Assembly (NCBI GenBank): GCA_964016885.1
Contig: OZ024743.1
Coordinates: forward strand, 126,356,001-126,420,000
DNA: 64,000 nt
Origin: Eledone cirrhosa
Lineage: Eukaryota
Direction: 5' to 3'
Part shown: in pieces, positions 40,989 to 54,400 of the stretch
Layout: every line of letters starts with the position of its first letter
Numbering within the stretch: position 1 is the first letter of the stretch
Notes under the pieces: generated by a model
Databases searched by the model: none
What the model saw: only the letters and a program-made list of their open reading frames with translations
What the model was told of the DNA's origin: nothing
Made by a program: the position numbers and the translations under genes

Positions 40989-42110
40989 CAATATACGTAA
41001 TCTCTTTAACCAACATAACCTAAAAATTGAATTTGATAACAGCATCAAACTAGCTAATTTCTTGGATGTATCTCTCAATCTTGACACTGGCCTATATTAC
41101 CTTTACCATAAAAACAACGAGAACCTAAATTATGTTAATTTTAAATCTAACCACCCTACTAATATTAAGAATGTTATAGTTAGTAATATTGGAAAAAGAA
41201 TATCTAACCTATCTTCTAATAAAAACATCTCCGATGCTAACGCCAATTACTATAATAACGCGCTTTCTAAAGCCGGCTATCCTGATAAAATCAAATATAA
41301 TAAAGAAACAAATTCTAGAAGATCTTACAGTAGAATAATTAATCATGATCATTCCAATAACTTTAATAAAAGACCTAGATACAAAAACATAATCTGGTAT
41401 AATGCTCCTTTCTCCATCTCTATTAATAATAATATTCCTAAATTATTCTTTAGTGCCTTAAATAAATGCTTCCCTCCCTCACATATCTATAGTAAAATAT
41501 TTAACAAACACACTATAAAATTTTCCTATTCGACATGCTCCAACATTTCCAACATTATCTCTAAACACAACAATAAAATACTACATACTAAATCTCTTCC
41601 TTCCAACACTGAATATCATAATAATAGTAATAGTACTCCCGACGTCATTGTAAACCCTAGGCTAATTTCTGCAAACCCAAATACAACGTCAAACACAACT
41701 TCGCTAAATGTTCTTAATCCCATTCTAAATCAAGAAACTATTATTCCTATCGCAAATAACTTCTCCAATCCAATTCCTTCTATATATAACACTAGGTCAC
41801 TCGTTAATAATCTCTCTAATCGCAATTGCAATTGCCCTGCTAAAAATAAATGTCCTCTCAACAACCATTGTCTTGATAAAAACTTAATTTACGAATGTAA
41901 AGTTATAACTGACACCAATTCCTTCACCTATTTTGGCTCCACTTCTACCTCCTTTAAAGCTCGTCTTTATAATCATCATTCGTCTTTTAAATATAAACTT
42001 AAAAGAACCAACACGGCTCTCTCAGAACTCATATGGTCCTTGAAAGACAAAAATATTAAATATAACATCTCTTGGGAAAAGGTTTCCTCTGCTTCTTCAT
42101 ACTTGAACAG
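40989..42110 (+). pseudogene. PLE ORF fragment: RT C-terminus/thumb + linker + truncated GIY-YIG
   Basis: IRNLFNQHNLKI..NFLDVSLNL..YVNFKSNHP..IIWYNAPFS..KIFNKHTIKFSYS..CNCPAKNKCPLNNHCLDKNLIYECKV..TYFGST..FKARLYNH; open for ~370 codons but lacks the RT catalytic core. Confidence 0.9.
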
Positions 42111-43004
42111 TTTTTATCAAGACAATGGTTGTTGAGAGGACATTTATTTTTAGCAGGGCAATTGCAATTGCGATTAGAGAGATTATTAACGAGTGACCTA
42201 GTGTTATATATAGAAGGAATTGGATTGGAGAAGTTATTTGCGATAGGAATAATAGTTTCTTGATTTAGAATGGGATTAAGAACATTTAGCGAAGTTGTGT
42301 TTGACGTTGTATTTGGGTTTGCAGAAATTAGCCTAGGGTTTACAATGACGTCGGGAGTACTATTACTATTATTATGATATTCAGTGTTGGAAGGAAGAGA
42401 TTTAGTATGTAGTATTTTATTGTTGTGTTTAGAGATAATGTTGGAAATGTTGGAGCATGTCGAATAGGAAAATTTTATAGTGTGTTTGTTAAATATTTTA
42501 CTATAGATATGTGAGGGAGGGAAGCATTTATTTAAGGCACTAAAGAATAATTTAGGAATATTATTATTAATAGAGATGGAGAAAGGAGCATTATACCAGA
42601 TTATGTTTTTGTATCTAGGTCTTTTATTAAAGTTATTGGAATGATCATGATTAATTATTCTACTGTAAGATCTTCTAGAATTTGTTTCTTTATTATATTT
42701 GATTTTATCAGGATAGCCGGCTTTAGAAAGCGCGTTATTATAGTAATTGGCGTTAGCATCGGAGATGTTTTTATTAGAAGATAGGTTAGATATTCTTTTT
42801 CCAATATTACTAACTATAACATTCTTAATATTAGTAGGGTGGTTAGATTTAAAATTAACATAATTTAGGTTCTCGTTGTTTTTATGGTAAAGGTAATATA
42901 GGCCAGTGTCAAGATTGAGAGATACATCCAAGAAATTAGCTAGTTTGATGCTGTTATCAAATTCAATTTTTAGGTTATGTTGGTTAAAGAGATTACGTAT
43001 ATTG

Positions 43005-43370
43005 TACGAATGTAAAGTTATAACTGACACCAATTCCTTCACCTATTTTGGCTCCACTTCTACCTCCTTTAAAGCTCGTCTTTATAATCATCATTCGTCT
43101 TTTAAATATAAACTTAAAAGAACCAACACGGCTCTCTCAGAACTCATATGGTCCTTGAAAGACAAAAATATTAAATATAACATCTCTTGGGAAAAGGTTT
43201 CCTCTGCTTCTTCATACTTGAACAGTTCTCTATCCAAGACTTGCAATCTCTGTCTAAATGAAAAATTTACCATTATATCTAATTTAGATTCTATAATAAA
43301 TAGACGCACTGACTTGTTTTCTATCTGCTTGCATAAATTCCACAGAACTTTCCATAAAGTATACAGCTAA
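43005..43370 (+). pseudogene. PLE GIY-YIG endonuclease domain with native stop
   Basis: YECKVITDTNSFTYFGSTSTSFKARLYNHH...TALSELIWSLK...CNLCLNEK...INRRTDLFSICLH; an inverted copy lies at 40640-40988. Confidence 0.9.
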
Positions 43371-43415
43371 TATCCTAAACTTTATTAATTCAGAATCCTC
43401 TTCTCAAAGGCACAC

Positions 43416-43519
<104 letters not shown>

Positions 43520-43874
43520 TTCTTTAAAAATATACCCATCTTTCTATCTTATTTCAAAGTTATTTATTATATTCTATATCACTCCTATTCATCACTTCCC
43601 TTTTTTCCTTTTCCTTTTCTTTTCTTTTTCTTGTAATTTCTAACCCCTAATCTGTACCTTTTCTCACTGTGCCTAACATAGAAACAATTATTACACAATA
43701 CACTATATTCTTACTTTATATCACCTTGAAAAAATCCTTCGTAAACATAAACATTTTTTTTGACGTTAGATTATTCATCCTCTATTCATTATTTTTTTCT
43801 CACTTTCATCTAACTTATTCATGCTCATCTCACAATATATCCTTACTTACATTACTTCTGTTTTTTTAATAGTA

Positions 43875-44040
43875 CATATCAACATTTTCTTTCAATCGCA
43901 CATATTATTAAACCCTTAAATATTATTCTTAATACATATTAACATTTTCCTTCCATCGCACATATTATTAAACCCTTAAATATTATTCTTAATACATATT
44001 AACAATTTCTTTTCATCGCACATATTATTAAACCCTTCAA
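43875..44040. repeat. ~60-bp tandem repeat (~2.7 copies) in the PLE 3' UTR
   Basis: ATCGCACATATTATTAAACCCTT recurs at 60-bp period; mirrored at 40065-40230. Confidence 0.9.
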
Positions 44041-44397
44041 TATACAAACCTTAACTTTACATTATTTTTCTCTTCGTTAATTTTCAAATTCTTTTAATTT
44101 ATACATTATCTTCCAACGGTTTTTCAACCTCTCTATGTAAAACAATATATTTTTCTCAGTTATAAAAGCTATCTCTCTCTCTCTATCACCCATCTCTCCT
44201 CCTATCTCATCCTTCCTCATTATACTCCTCCCCCTCCACTATTTACTCTCATCTCCTCCTCTTTTTCATCCTTTCCACCCCCCCCCCCTAAAAAAAAATG
44301 TTCCCCAATATCACACATCAATCTAAAACTACTTTTCATATGTTGATTTAAAACTGCACTATCCACAAGTGTTTTTAACCTTCATATCATGTCCTCC

Positions 44398-44468
44398 TAT
44401 TTTATCTGATGAAAACACAAATGTTATTGCATGATGATATTTGTTTTTGAAATGCACATAATAAAATA
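44398..44468 (+). ncRNA. Minimal type I hammerhead ribozyme in the PLE 3' UTR/pseudo-LTR
   Basis: Stem I TATTTTAT(44398)/ATAAAATA(44461); CTGATGA 44406-12; 16-bp stem II AAACACAAATGTTATT/GATGATATTTGTTTTT with loop GCAT; GAAA 44449-52; short stem III A-TGCACA-T; predicted cut after A44460; AATAAA at 44576. Confidence 0.82.
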
Positions 44469-44591
44469 CATGGAACTCATTTAACCATCTTTTGATCTTA
44501 TATATTATGTATACTCCAGTCCTACAAACTGTAGAGTGCTTCTTATCCGATATCTGCATTGCTTTATTGTACTACAATAAAACTCACCTCC

Positions 44592-44655
<64 letters not shown>

Positions 44656-44706
44656 TCCATATATATATATAGATCCATATATATATATAGATACATATAT
44701 ATATAG

Positions 44707-44756
<50 letters not shown>

Positions 44757-44928
44757 CCACTCGACTCCCGGGAATGAATATGACCACAGCTAGTAAACAA
44801 GGACCCACACCCCACCCTCCCGCGCCATAATTAGACTTATCGTCCCCTACTTTTGTTCTTTACTCTCTTTACTCTTTGTTCTTGAATGTTTGGTTGGTAG
44901 AGTCCATAACACCAATCAAACCCCTTTT

Positions 44929-44982
44929 ATAGCTCTAACGAATCCTACGGTTACATAAGGAAGAAACATTGTTAGCCAATAA
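44929..44982 (+). ncRNA. Degenerate hammerhead-like motif in a separate PLE-type tail (44755-45020)
   Basis: GCT-CTAACGA(G5>A)-ATCCT..AGGAA-GAAA-CATTG-TT-AGC followed by AATAAA. Confidence 0.4.
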
Positions 44983-45101
44983 AAATCTTTTGATGTTGTA
45001 GACGCTCTTGTGTTCTTTATCATATATATATATATAGATTCATATATATATAGATACACACATATATATATATATAAATGAAAGGTATAGAAACTATTGT
45101 A

Positions 45102-45217
<116 letters not shown>

Positions 45218-45595
45218 AGTGCTGAGTTCAGGGAGACCACTAATCATGGGAGTACTCAGAGTACTCAATGTATGGGGAGATGCAGAGTGGTTATTAAGGT
45301 ATATATAAAGAGAGCAAAAATTACGATTAGAGCAAAAATCACGAGCATTCTATGTCAAAATTATTTTTGAAAAGCATAAGAAATGCGCAACCGGTAAAAA
45401 CTTTAAACTAAAACTGAATACTAACTAATACTTATTACTAATTTATACTTATTCCTAATTAAACTATTTTTCTCTGGGAAAAATTTGTCAGCATTTTCTT
45501 TTCCTTTTTACTAATATATCACAACTCGTGTGTCACACCTTTATTTTTTTTAAATATATATATGTATATATATTTGTATATATATATGTATATAT

Positions 45596-48242
45596 CATCC
45601 CAACATAGCTTAGTTGTCAGCGACCTCACGGTCAGAACTAGACGAACCTGGAAACAGAGGCCAACCTGGAGAAGAAAGATCTGGAAGCTGAAAGACCCCC
45701 CAACCAGTAACAGATTTAAAGATATTTTACTCAACGCCTACGACAGTAAAGAAGAACAGATAGAGACATTCAATGTAGAAGAGAACTGGGAGTTCCTAAA
45801 AAATAACTTACTAGAGGCGACGGATGAGGTCTGTGGCTGGAGTAAGACCTCAAGCAGGAGGAGAGTGACTTGGTGGTGGAACAATAAGGTAGATGAGGCA
45901 GTTAAGGCCAAGAGACAGGCATGGAAAGAATGGAAGAACGGGGGAGCAGGGTACATTACATAGAGACCAAGAGGGAAGCTAGGCGACAAGTATACTTAGC
46001 TAGGAGGGAAGCAGAGGATAGAAAATTCAAGCATGTTTTGCAACGTGAGGACCAGCAACAGGAGGTGTTCAAGATTGCGAGGCAGTGTGTCAGAGAAAAT
46101 TGTGATGTCATTGGAGAGAAGTGTATCCGGAATGATAAAGGTGAGCTTGCCCTCACAAGTGCTGAGAAGAAAGATGCATGGAAGAGTCATTATGATAGAT
46201 TACTAAATGAGGAGAATGCATGGGAAAAAGAGACCCTAACCCAAGTAGACCCTATAGAGGGGCCAGCAGTACAAGTCAGCAGCAGCGTAGTAAGTAAGGC
46301 AATCAAAGATATGAAGATGGGGAAGGCAACCGGTCCATCGGGTATAGCTGCCAAGATGCTGAAGGCATCTGGATCTGTAGGTCACACTATAACCACACGT
46401 ATTGTTAACCAGGTAATACTAGAAGGTGTCATACCAAAAGATTGGTGCAGTAGCATCATTGTCAACTGCTACAAAGGTAAAGGTGATGCACTAGATAGAG
46501 GAAACTATAGAGGTATAAAGCTGATGGACCAGGTCATGAAAGTAACAGAAAGAGTTATAGCACAGTTGATTAGGGACCGGGTGAAACTAGACGAGATGCA
46601 ATTTGGGTTTGTACCAGGAAGAGGCACCACTGATGCCCTCTTCCTTGTGAGGCAGTTACAGGAAAAGTACCTAGCTAAAAGTCAGCCACTCTGCCTGGCA
46701 TTTGTCGACCTTGAGAAAGCCTTTGACAGAGTTCCACGTGCTGTAATCTGGTGGGCTCTTAGAAAACTAGGAGTAGATGAATGGCTTGTGAAAGCGGTAC
46801 AAGCCATGTATAGGGGAGCAATCAGCAAAGTTAGGATTAGCAATGAGTATAGCGAGAAATTTAGCGTACAGGTTGGGGTCCACCAGGGCTCTGTTCTTAG
46901 CCCCCTCCTGTTCATCATAGTCCTGCAGGCAATAACGGAGGAGTTTAAGACCGGATGCCCATGGGAACTCCTGTATGCTGATGACTTCGCACTTATAGCT
47001 GAATCTATGGTAGAATTAGAGAAGAAATTCCAAACTTGGAAGCAGGGACTAGAAAGAAAGGGTCTCAAAGTCAACATGACAAAGACTAAGGTCCTTGTAA
47101 GTAGACGAGAAAACAGAACCCAGATCCCCTCAGGGAAATGGCCTTGCTCAGTATGTAGGAAAGGTGTTGGTAGGAACTCCATTCTCTGCCCCAAATGCAA
47201 ACAATGGGTACACAAGAGATGTAGCGGGATCTCAGGAAGCTTAATTAAGAATGTAGGCTTCACTTGCAGCAGCTGTACTGGGACAGCAAGCAGCAACCAG
47301 CCACAGGAAACAAGTACCACCAATTTCTGGGAGGGCTCTGTAGAAACAGTAGACAGCTTCTGCTACCTAGGTGACTGAATTAGCAGCGGAGGTGGGTGTT
47401 CAGAAAGTACAATAACTGGGGTAAGAACGGGATGGAAGAAGTTTAGGGAACTACTACCACTGCTAGCTGCAAAAGGCTTCTCCCTCAAAATGAAAGGCAG
47501 ACTGTATGATGCGTGTATCCGAACAGCGATGTTACATGGTAGTGAGACCTGGGCGCTAAAGGTGGAAGTTTTACGTAGATTAGAAAGAAACGAAGCCTGC
47601 ATGCTCCGATGGATGTGTAATAGTAATATACGCGAACGACAAAGCATAAATGAATTGAGAGAGAGACTGAGCATAAGAGGAATCAAATGCTGTGTTCAGG
47701 AGAGGCGGTTGCGTTGGTATGGACATGTGATGCGTATGAAGGATGACAGCTGCATAAAAAGGTGCAGAGCACTAGAAGTCGATGGAAACCGCGGAGTGGG
47801 GAGACTCAAGAAGACCTGGGATGAGGTGATAAAAGCCGACCTTACCCAATTACACCTCTCAAAGGCGATGACACACGACCGTGACCTCTGGTGTCACGCA
47901 GTAATATAGAGTACCCGACCTCCCATGGGTACAAGCTGAAGCATATAGACAATATGCCCCCACACCCTCCCACTGCAAGGTGGTCGTGGAGGTACCACGG
48001 CAAAAAAGCACCCAGCCCACACTGTAAAGTGGACGTGTAGGCGCCACGAAAAAGCACCCAGCACTCACTGTAAATGAGGTTGGTGTTAGGAAGGGCATCC
48101 AGCTGTAGAAATCAAGCCAAATCAGTTCCTGTATGAGCAAGGCATGGTCAGCCAACCAGACACTGCCCACAACAGGACAATCCGTCTAACCCATGCTAGC
48201 GTGGAAGAACGGACGTAAAACGGTGATGATGATGATGATGAT
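45596..48242 (+). mobile_element. RTE-clade LINE (subfamily B), 5'-truncated at the end of the APE domain; complete RT, PHD finger, 3' UTR
   Basis: ORFs 45562-45963, 45921-47378 and 47490-47909: [67 protein letters not shown]. One frameshift (~45950) and one stop (47376); (GAT)n tail. Confidence 0.96.
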
Positions 48243-48368
48243 ACGTATATATATATATACAGATATGTGGGTGCATATATGTATATATATATATGTGTGT
48301 GTGTATGTGGGTAGGCCATATGAGTATGTGGTGATCTATTTGTGTACTTTCCCTGTCAGTAATGCTCT

Positions 48369-48583
48369 TTAACCCTTTAATGTTCAAACTAGCCCAAACC
48401 GGCCAGAATTCTCTACCTTTTTTTGTTGAAACTGGCTGTAACTGGTCACTCAAACTGATGTTAAGGTATTGTTCTCAAAATAAATACTTTCAAAATCTCA
48501 TAGATTCGATATTACGTGAGATAAAGCATTTACCATGAAAATATAATAGTATATATATAGTAATGTGAATGCTAAAGGGTTAA
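48369..48583. mobile_element. piggyBac-type MITE
   Basis: TTAA-CCCTTTA...TAAAGGG-TTAA. Confidence 0.82.
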
Positions 48584-51142
48584 ATACCCTTCAAATCCCT
48601 GTCTAGTACCAGATATCTCCCTTCAACTGTTATATTAATTTTATATTTCTTTAAAAATTGATCAACTAGCATCCATATGATAAAATATAATGGTTATTTC
48701 TTTTTTCATAATAATAAATCGGAATCTCAGCACGTCATATTGAAATGTAACCTCCAGTGGCCAGCATCTTGCCCTATAAGGCTTGATGTTTCAGCATATT
48801 TTGTTTTATTTTCTGTTTGTTTTTGCCACTTTTTTGTACACGTTTACACAATTTTATTACATCTTGAGTTTTGACTAACTGTGTAATGATCGGTGGCAAT
48901 GCCAAAACAATTGTAGGGCATTAAATGAGATAAGAACCTTATTCTATCTTTTTCTTTGGTTATATATATATAAATATGAATTAGGTACAGGCATAGCTGA
49001 GTGGTTAAGGAGTTCACTTCACAACCAAGTAGTCACGAGTTCCTTCACATAGTGGATCACTTTGAGCAAGTGTCTTCTATAGACTTAGGTTGATCAAAGC
49101 CTTGTGAGTGGTATTTGATAGAGAGAAACTGCAGAAGCCCATCAACATCATTTTATGCTCACTTTCTATGCTGGCATGGGTTGGACAAGTTATCTCAGTC
49201 CTACACCAGATGGGTTGGAGTGATCTCATCTTGCTCGTACATTCCATATTTGGCATAGATTCTATGGCTGAATGCACTTCCTTAACACCAACCACCTTAC
49301 TGGATGTGTTTTTTTATCATATGTTTGTTTAGACTGAAGAGTCCTTTCAAACCACATATTGCCTCTGTTCAGTTGCCAATACTGTAGTCTCCAGTCTCTC
49401 ACCTCATTTACATTTATTTTTAGTGTTGTAGTGCATGTACTGGTGGATGGATCTTTTGGATTGTGGCATATCACCAATCAACTTGGTTTTGTGTCATCTC
49501 CTTTGTGAGGTCCAATTTCCTGAGGCCATTTCGTCTGTCTTCCTTTGTCTCCCTCTTCCATAGGTCCCACCCGCTTCAAGTACTTGGCACTTTTTTATAC
49601 AGCTCTCCTCACACAATCGTTTCTTTTGTACACTATATTCAGTACATATATGTGTGTCTGTCCGTATCTATTAACATTTGTGTTTGTTTATAACCCATAA
49701 CTTAGCAGTTTAACAACAAGAGATCAATAAAATAAGTATAACAAGCGTGAAAAAATATGTACTGGAGTCAATATGACCAACTAAATCCCAACTAATTCAT
49801 GGCTGCAGTCTAATGACTGAAACTAGTAAAAGAATTTAAAAAAATAGCAGTGTGGTTAAGTTTATTTCACAACCACAATGTTTTAACTTCGATTCTACTA
49901 TGTGGCTCCTTGGGCAAGTTTCTTCTACTTTAGCCTCATGTTGACCAATATCCTGAGAATAAAAACATGGGATAATCACAGGTGGAATACCTTTGATCAA
50001 AGGTCTTCTTGATCAGAGTTTATCTGAGGCTAAATAACAACAACAATGGTTTCTTATATAGGCCAGCAATTTTGGGAGAGGAGAAAGTCAATTAAATCAA
50101 CTCCAGTACATGACTGGTACTTTATTTTATCGACTCCGTAAGGATGTAACCTCAGCAGGATTTGAACTCTGATCATAAAGAACAATGACAACAAAGGGAA
50201 AGGGCATCCTTCAGTCTTGACTGACAATTGGCTTCGCATCTATGCTAATCTAATCATGGGTTTGCCTCCTTGAGACACAAGCCTGGGCAGAGTGTTTTGT
50301 AGAAGCCCAGCTGTCATCCATACATGCAAGTCTCCTCTTTCTATGACATTAATGTTGTCCCATGGAAAGGCAAACGCCAGTACAGCTTAACACCAGTGTC
50401 ATTACAAGTAATGTTTTTTTCAGTTGAGTGGACACAATGCACCATTCAATCCAGGAATCAAACTGACAATCTTAGAATCGTATGGCCAGCACCTTAACTA
50501 CAAAGTCATGTCTTCATCCACAACACAACTATTTAACATTGAGCCAATGTGGGAGCCTCTACATTGCTGCTCAACCTGCTAGAGATAAATGCAATATATC
50601 ATAAAAATGAGGGAGACATTGGACAATATAGTTCTAGACATACAAAAGATAAGATGGCCATCGCTGGAACTCCTTTTATCATAAGTCTTCTGAATCAGAG
50701 TTACCTTCAACCTAAACAACATTACCACTAACTATGAAAACTAACGATGTCCCTTTTTAGTCGCTTGAGCTGCTAGATATAACAGCTGAATCTCTCTGAA
50801 ATCATACTCTACAATCATTAAAAAGAAACAAGCCTAGGGCTAAGCAACAGCGATATAATTATCACCACCAGCATTATGACCTCCGCCACCAACACCAACC
50901 TTTTATTAGTTTAAAAAAAACAATCCTAATTTTGAAAAGAAACCATCTGCTCTCAATGCTGGTGTTTTCCGGGGTTATTGTCGTTAATCATCAATGAATT
51001 AATACAACCGAACACACACACACTGTGTCATACAGCATAGCATACACAATCAAATACATCACACACAGTACAGTATCATACAACACAATACTCTAAATAT
51101 ACACAATATTATATTAGTTAATACCACACATATAGTTAATAC

Positions 51143-51486
51143 CACGCAGTAATACAGAGTACCCGACCTCTCATGGGTACAAGCTGAAGCATATAGACAA
51201 TATGCCCCCACACGCCCCACCGCAAGGTGGTCGTGGAGGTGCCACGGCAAAAAAGCACCCAGCCCACACTGTAAAGTGAACGTGTAGGCGCCACGAAAAA
51301 GCACCCAGCACTCACTGTAAATGAGGTTGGTGTTAGGAAGGGCATCCAGCTGTAGAAATCAAGCCAAAATCAGTTCCTGTATGAGCAAGGCATGGTCAGC
51401 CGACCAGACACTGCCCACAACAGGACAACCCGTCTAACCCATGCTAGCGTGGAAGAACGGACGTAAAACGGTGATGATGATGATGA
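51143..51486 (+). mobile_element. RTE subfamily B 3' end with a 24-bp flanking direct repeat
   Basis: Matches 47895-48242; ATATTAGTTAATACCACACATATA occurs at 51111 and 51486. Confidence 0.9.
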
Positions 51487-54400
51487 TATTAGTTAATACC
51501 ACACATATATCAGTTAATACTACTCAATATACACCAAATAAACACACAACATTGTATCAGTTAATGCCAACACACACATTGTATCAGTTCACACCATAAT
51601 ACACATTGTATGAGTAAATACAATGCACACACAATATACACAATACACATCAAACATGCTCTACTAGGGAATCAGTTAATACACTAATTAATCAACAATA
51701 TCAACAAACATTTCACTATTTCTTCACATCTAATTGGAAAGTTTAGCTTTACTGAGCATGTCAGCTTTGTTTGTATTAGACGTGTATGTGTAGGGAATAT
51801 AAACATATGTTGTACATATACACACACAAACACAACACAATATTCGTACTATATAAAGTGGTTAGTGGACGTACGAAAACAAAGTAGAGTTTAAGAACAT
51901 TAGAATGTTTCCTGCTTTTGGATGTCCTTTCCAATACTGACCATCTTATAGAATATAATGGATGTATTTTACCGTGTTACCACTAGGAAGGTTGTTAGGT
52001 CCTTAGCGTATTATCTTACTGGTACACTGTAAACTGGTCGATGTTAAGAAGAGTATCTAACAGTAGAAAACATGTAACAAATAATGGAACGTATGAGCAA
52101 GGCTAAGTCACTCGAATTTCTCCAGTTTGGGCGTGAAAATTACAGGCACTACACTTTGGAGGTGAAATATGTTTCAAATAAGGTTTTTGATATTTTGAAC
52201 GAATATAGCTTTCAAAACAGTTGGAAATTTTTTTTTTTTTTTTGTTAACCCCCTTCCTTCACAGGTAAATAAAAAAAAAACATACTTTCCGGCGATTTTG
52301 AAGACCATATTCATTTAACATAACTCTATGCTGGAAAGCATGGTGTCTGATCCTCTACCGATACTGCCAATCCACCAAAATAATGGTTTCTGATTTAGGC
52401 ACCAGGCCAACAATTTTGGGAGAAGGAAAAGTCGATGTAATCGACCTCAGTGCGTTACTGGTACTTTATTTTATCGACCCTGATGAAAGGCAAAGCTAAC
52501 TTCGGCGGGATTTGAACTCAGAACGTAAAGGGACGTAACAGAGTAGTAAAGTATGGTGGTGTCCGACACTCTACCGATACTGTAAAAAATGATAATGATA
52601 CGTACATACATCTTACGTACCATTGTATAAGTAGATGGGGTATTTTGGCTATAGATCTCGTTTGAAGAAAACTGAAATATCTCATCCAATTCACCGGATT
52701 CATTTCGTAGTGCTCCGCTCACAAACATACATGTGCGCGCGCGTGTATATTTGTAGTGAAATCTAAGCAGAGAGATTTGAACTATTGTTTCCTCGGTTGA
52801 CTAATAAACCATACGACCTCTAGCCTCATAGATAAGCGATTTCTTTTTTATTGTACTCGGCGTATTTTACTTCCTTTGTTTTGGGGGCTTATGTCGGTTA
52901 ACTGTCTGGAAGAATACAGTTCTCTGGGGGGTCATCTGTACATTGTCAACGACAACAGGATTTTTCATAAATAGTCTGCCCCGGCTGTCTAACAGTCAGT
53001 CCAGCTCAGTTTCTTCGAGTGACTAGGACGATGTAGTTCCCAACAGATACTCAGTTCGGCCAGCAAACCGAGGCAGTCATACTCCCATTCGATTCCAACA
53101 AATGTTAGTTCTATGCATCTTTTCAAATTACTACGGCATTTGCGCTAAACTAATCACGCAAACATAACACACAATTACTCTTTGACTCTTTGTTGTTTTT
53201 CCTGTGTTATCATAACTACGGCGTAAGTTATTTCTTAATAAAAATTACTAAAGTAGCTGAGTTCGTTATTGTTCCTTGAATATTGCTAATGGCATCTTCA
53301 CTTTCAACTACTGGCTATGATAACAACATATCTCAACTCACTGAGTCACACAATTTATTTGCCATAAGCCACAAGCATTTACATAGCGCTTTATATGAGA
53401 GAGAGCAACTCACGAATCACCCACCAAGCCAATAATTACTACTACAAATTCTGCCACACTACAATAAACAACTGACCAAGCATCACCTTTTACATATGTT
53501 TTCATTTAGTCCCCACACTAACCAAATCACCTATACAAATTACATCTAATCACAACAAACTATCATCTTAACAGCCGCTACATGTTGCCCTAAAGGAATG
53601 AAGCATGAAGCAATTTAATTAAAGCTTCAAACAGATCTTACAGATAAGATTACACGATATTCAACGTGTTATCTAGCTAGATGATGTAGTGTACAATAAT
53701 CCAAGCTAACGGTAGCTTGTAAAAAAATAAACAAAACAATGTTAAACACCAATAAGGACAACAAAGATAAGTTTCTGTATACAAATCAATGTTATGACAG
53801 TAAATAGCATTTGTCTATGACTATAGCTGAAAACAACAGGCAGGTGGAGATGGTATGTTTCTTAATTAGTAAGTGACTGATTACTGTAATACAGAAAGAG
53901 ATGAAACCAACGAAAGATTTAGCGTGAATGTTAATATTGAGCTCAATGTTCTTCAAATGTTGGTAAATAAAGCATACATTGTTATATAACGTAACTACGA
54001 GTGGTCATGTGCCGACAATAACGTTGAAAGTATTTAATTTTTGGAGTCCAGTATTGGTATGCCATGTAACCCAGGATTGTCGGAATATATGAACAATCAT
54101 ACAAACTCGGAAATTTGCATTTTGATAAATAAATCGTTTGCATACGTGAATCTCTATAGTTTATGTTGATTATTGACACGGGGTAGTGATAAAAATGATA
54201 TTTTAATAATTTCTAGGATATAATTACATAGCTGTTCAGCATATATGTGTAGCGAAACCTCGACCTATTTTCCAACGATAGTTTTCTTAGCCTTCTACAC
54301 ACGAGCACAAAAAGACTGACCTGCGACCTCAGAGCAACAAACTTAAATAATGTGCTCTTTTTGGAGGCTCACAGCGCCGGGGTGTCCGAAAAGAGAACAG

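Noticed and set aside
40951-42135. Functional or domesticated 394-aa gene
   Set aside because: The start comes from an inversion junction, the RT core is missing and the GIY-YIG is cut by the second junction.
46682-47686. Antisense ORFs of 213 and 107 aa (also 3355-3855 and 55228-55728)
   Set aside because: Shadow frames of RTE coding sequence with no independent motifs.
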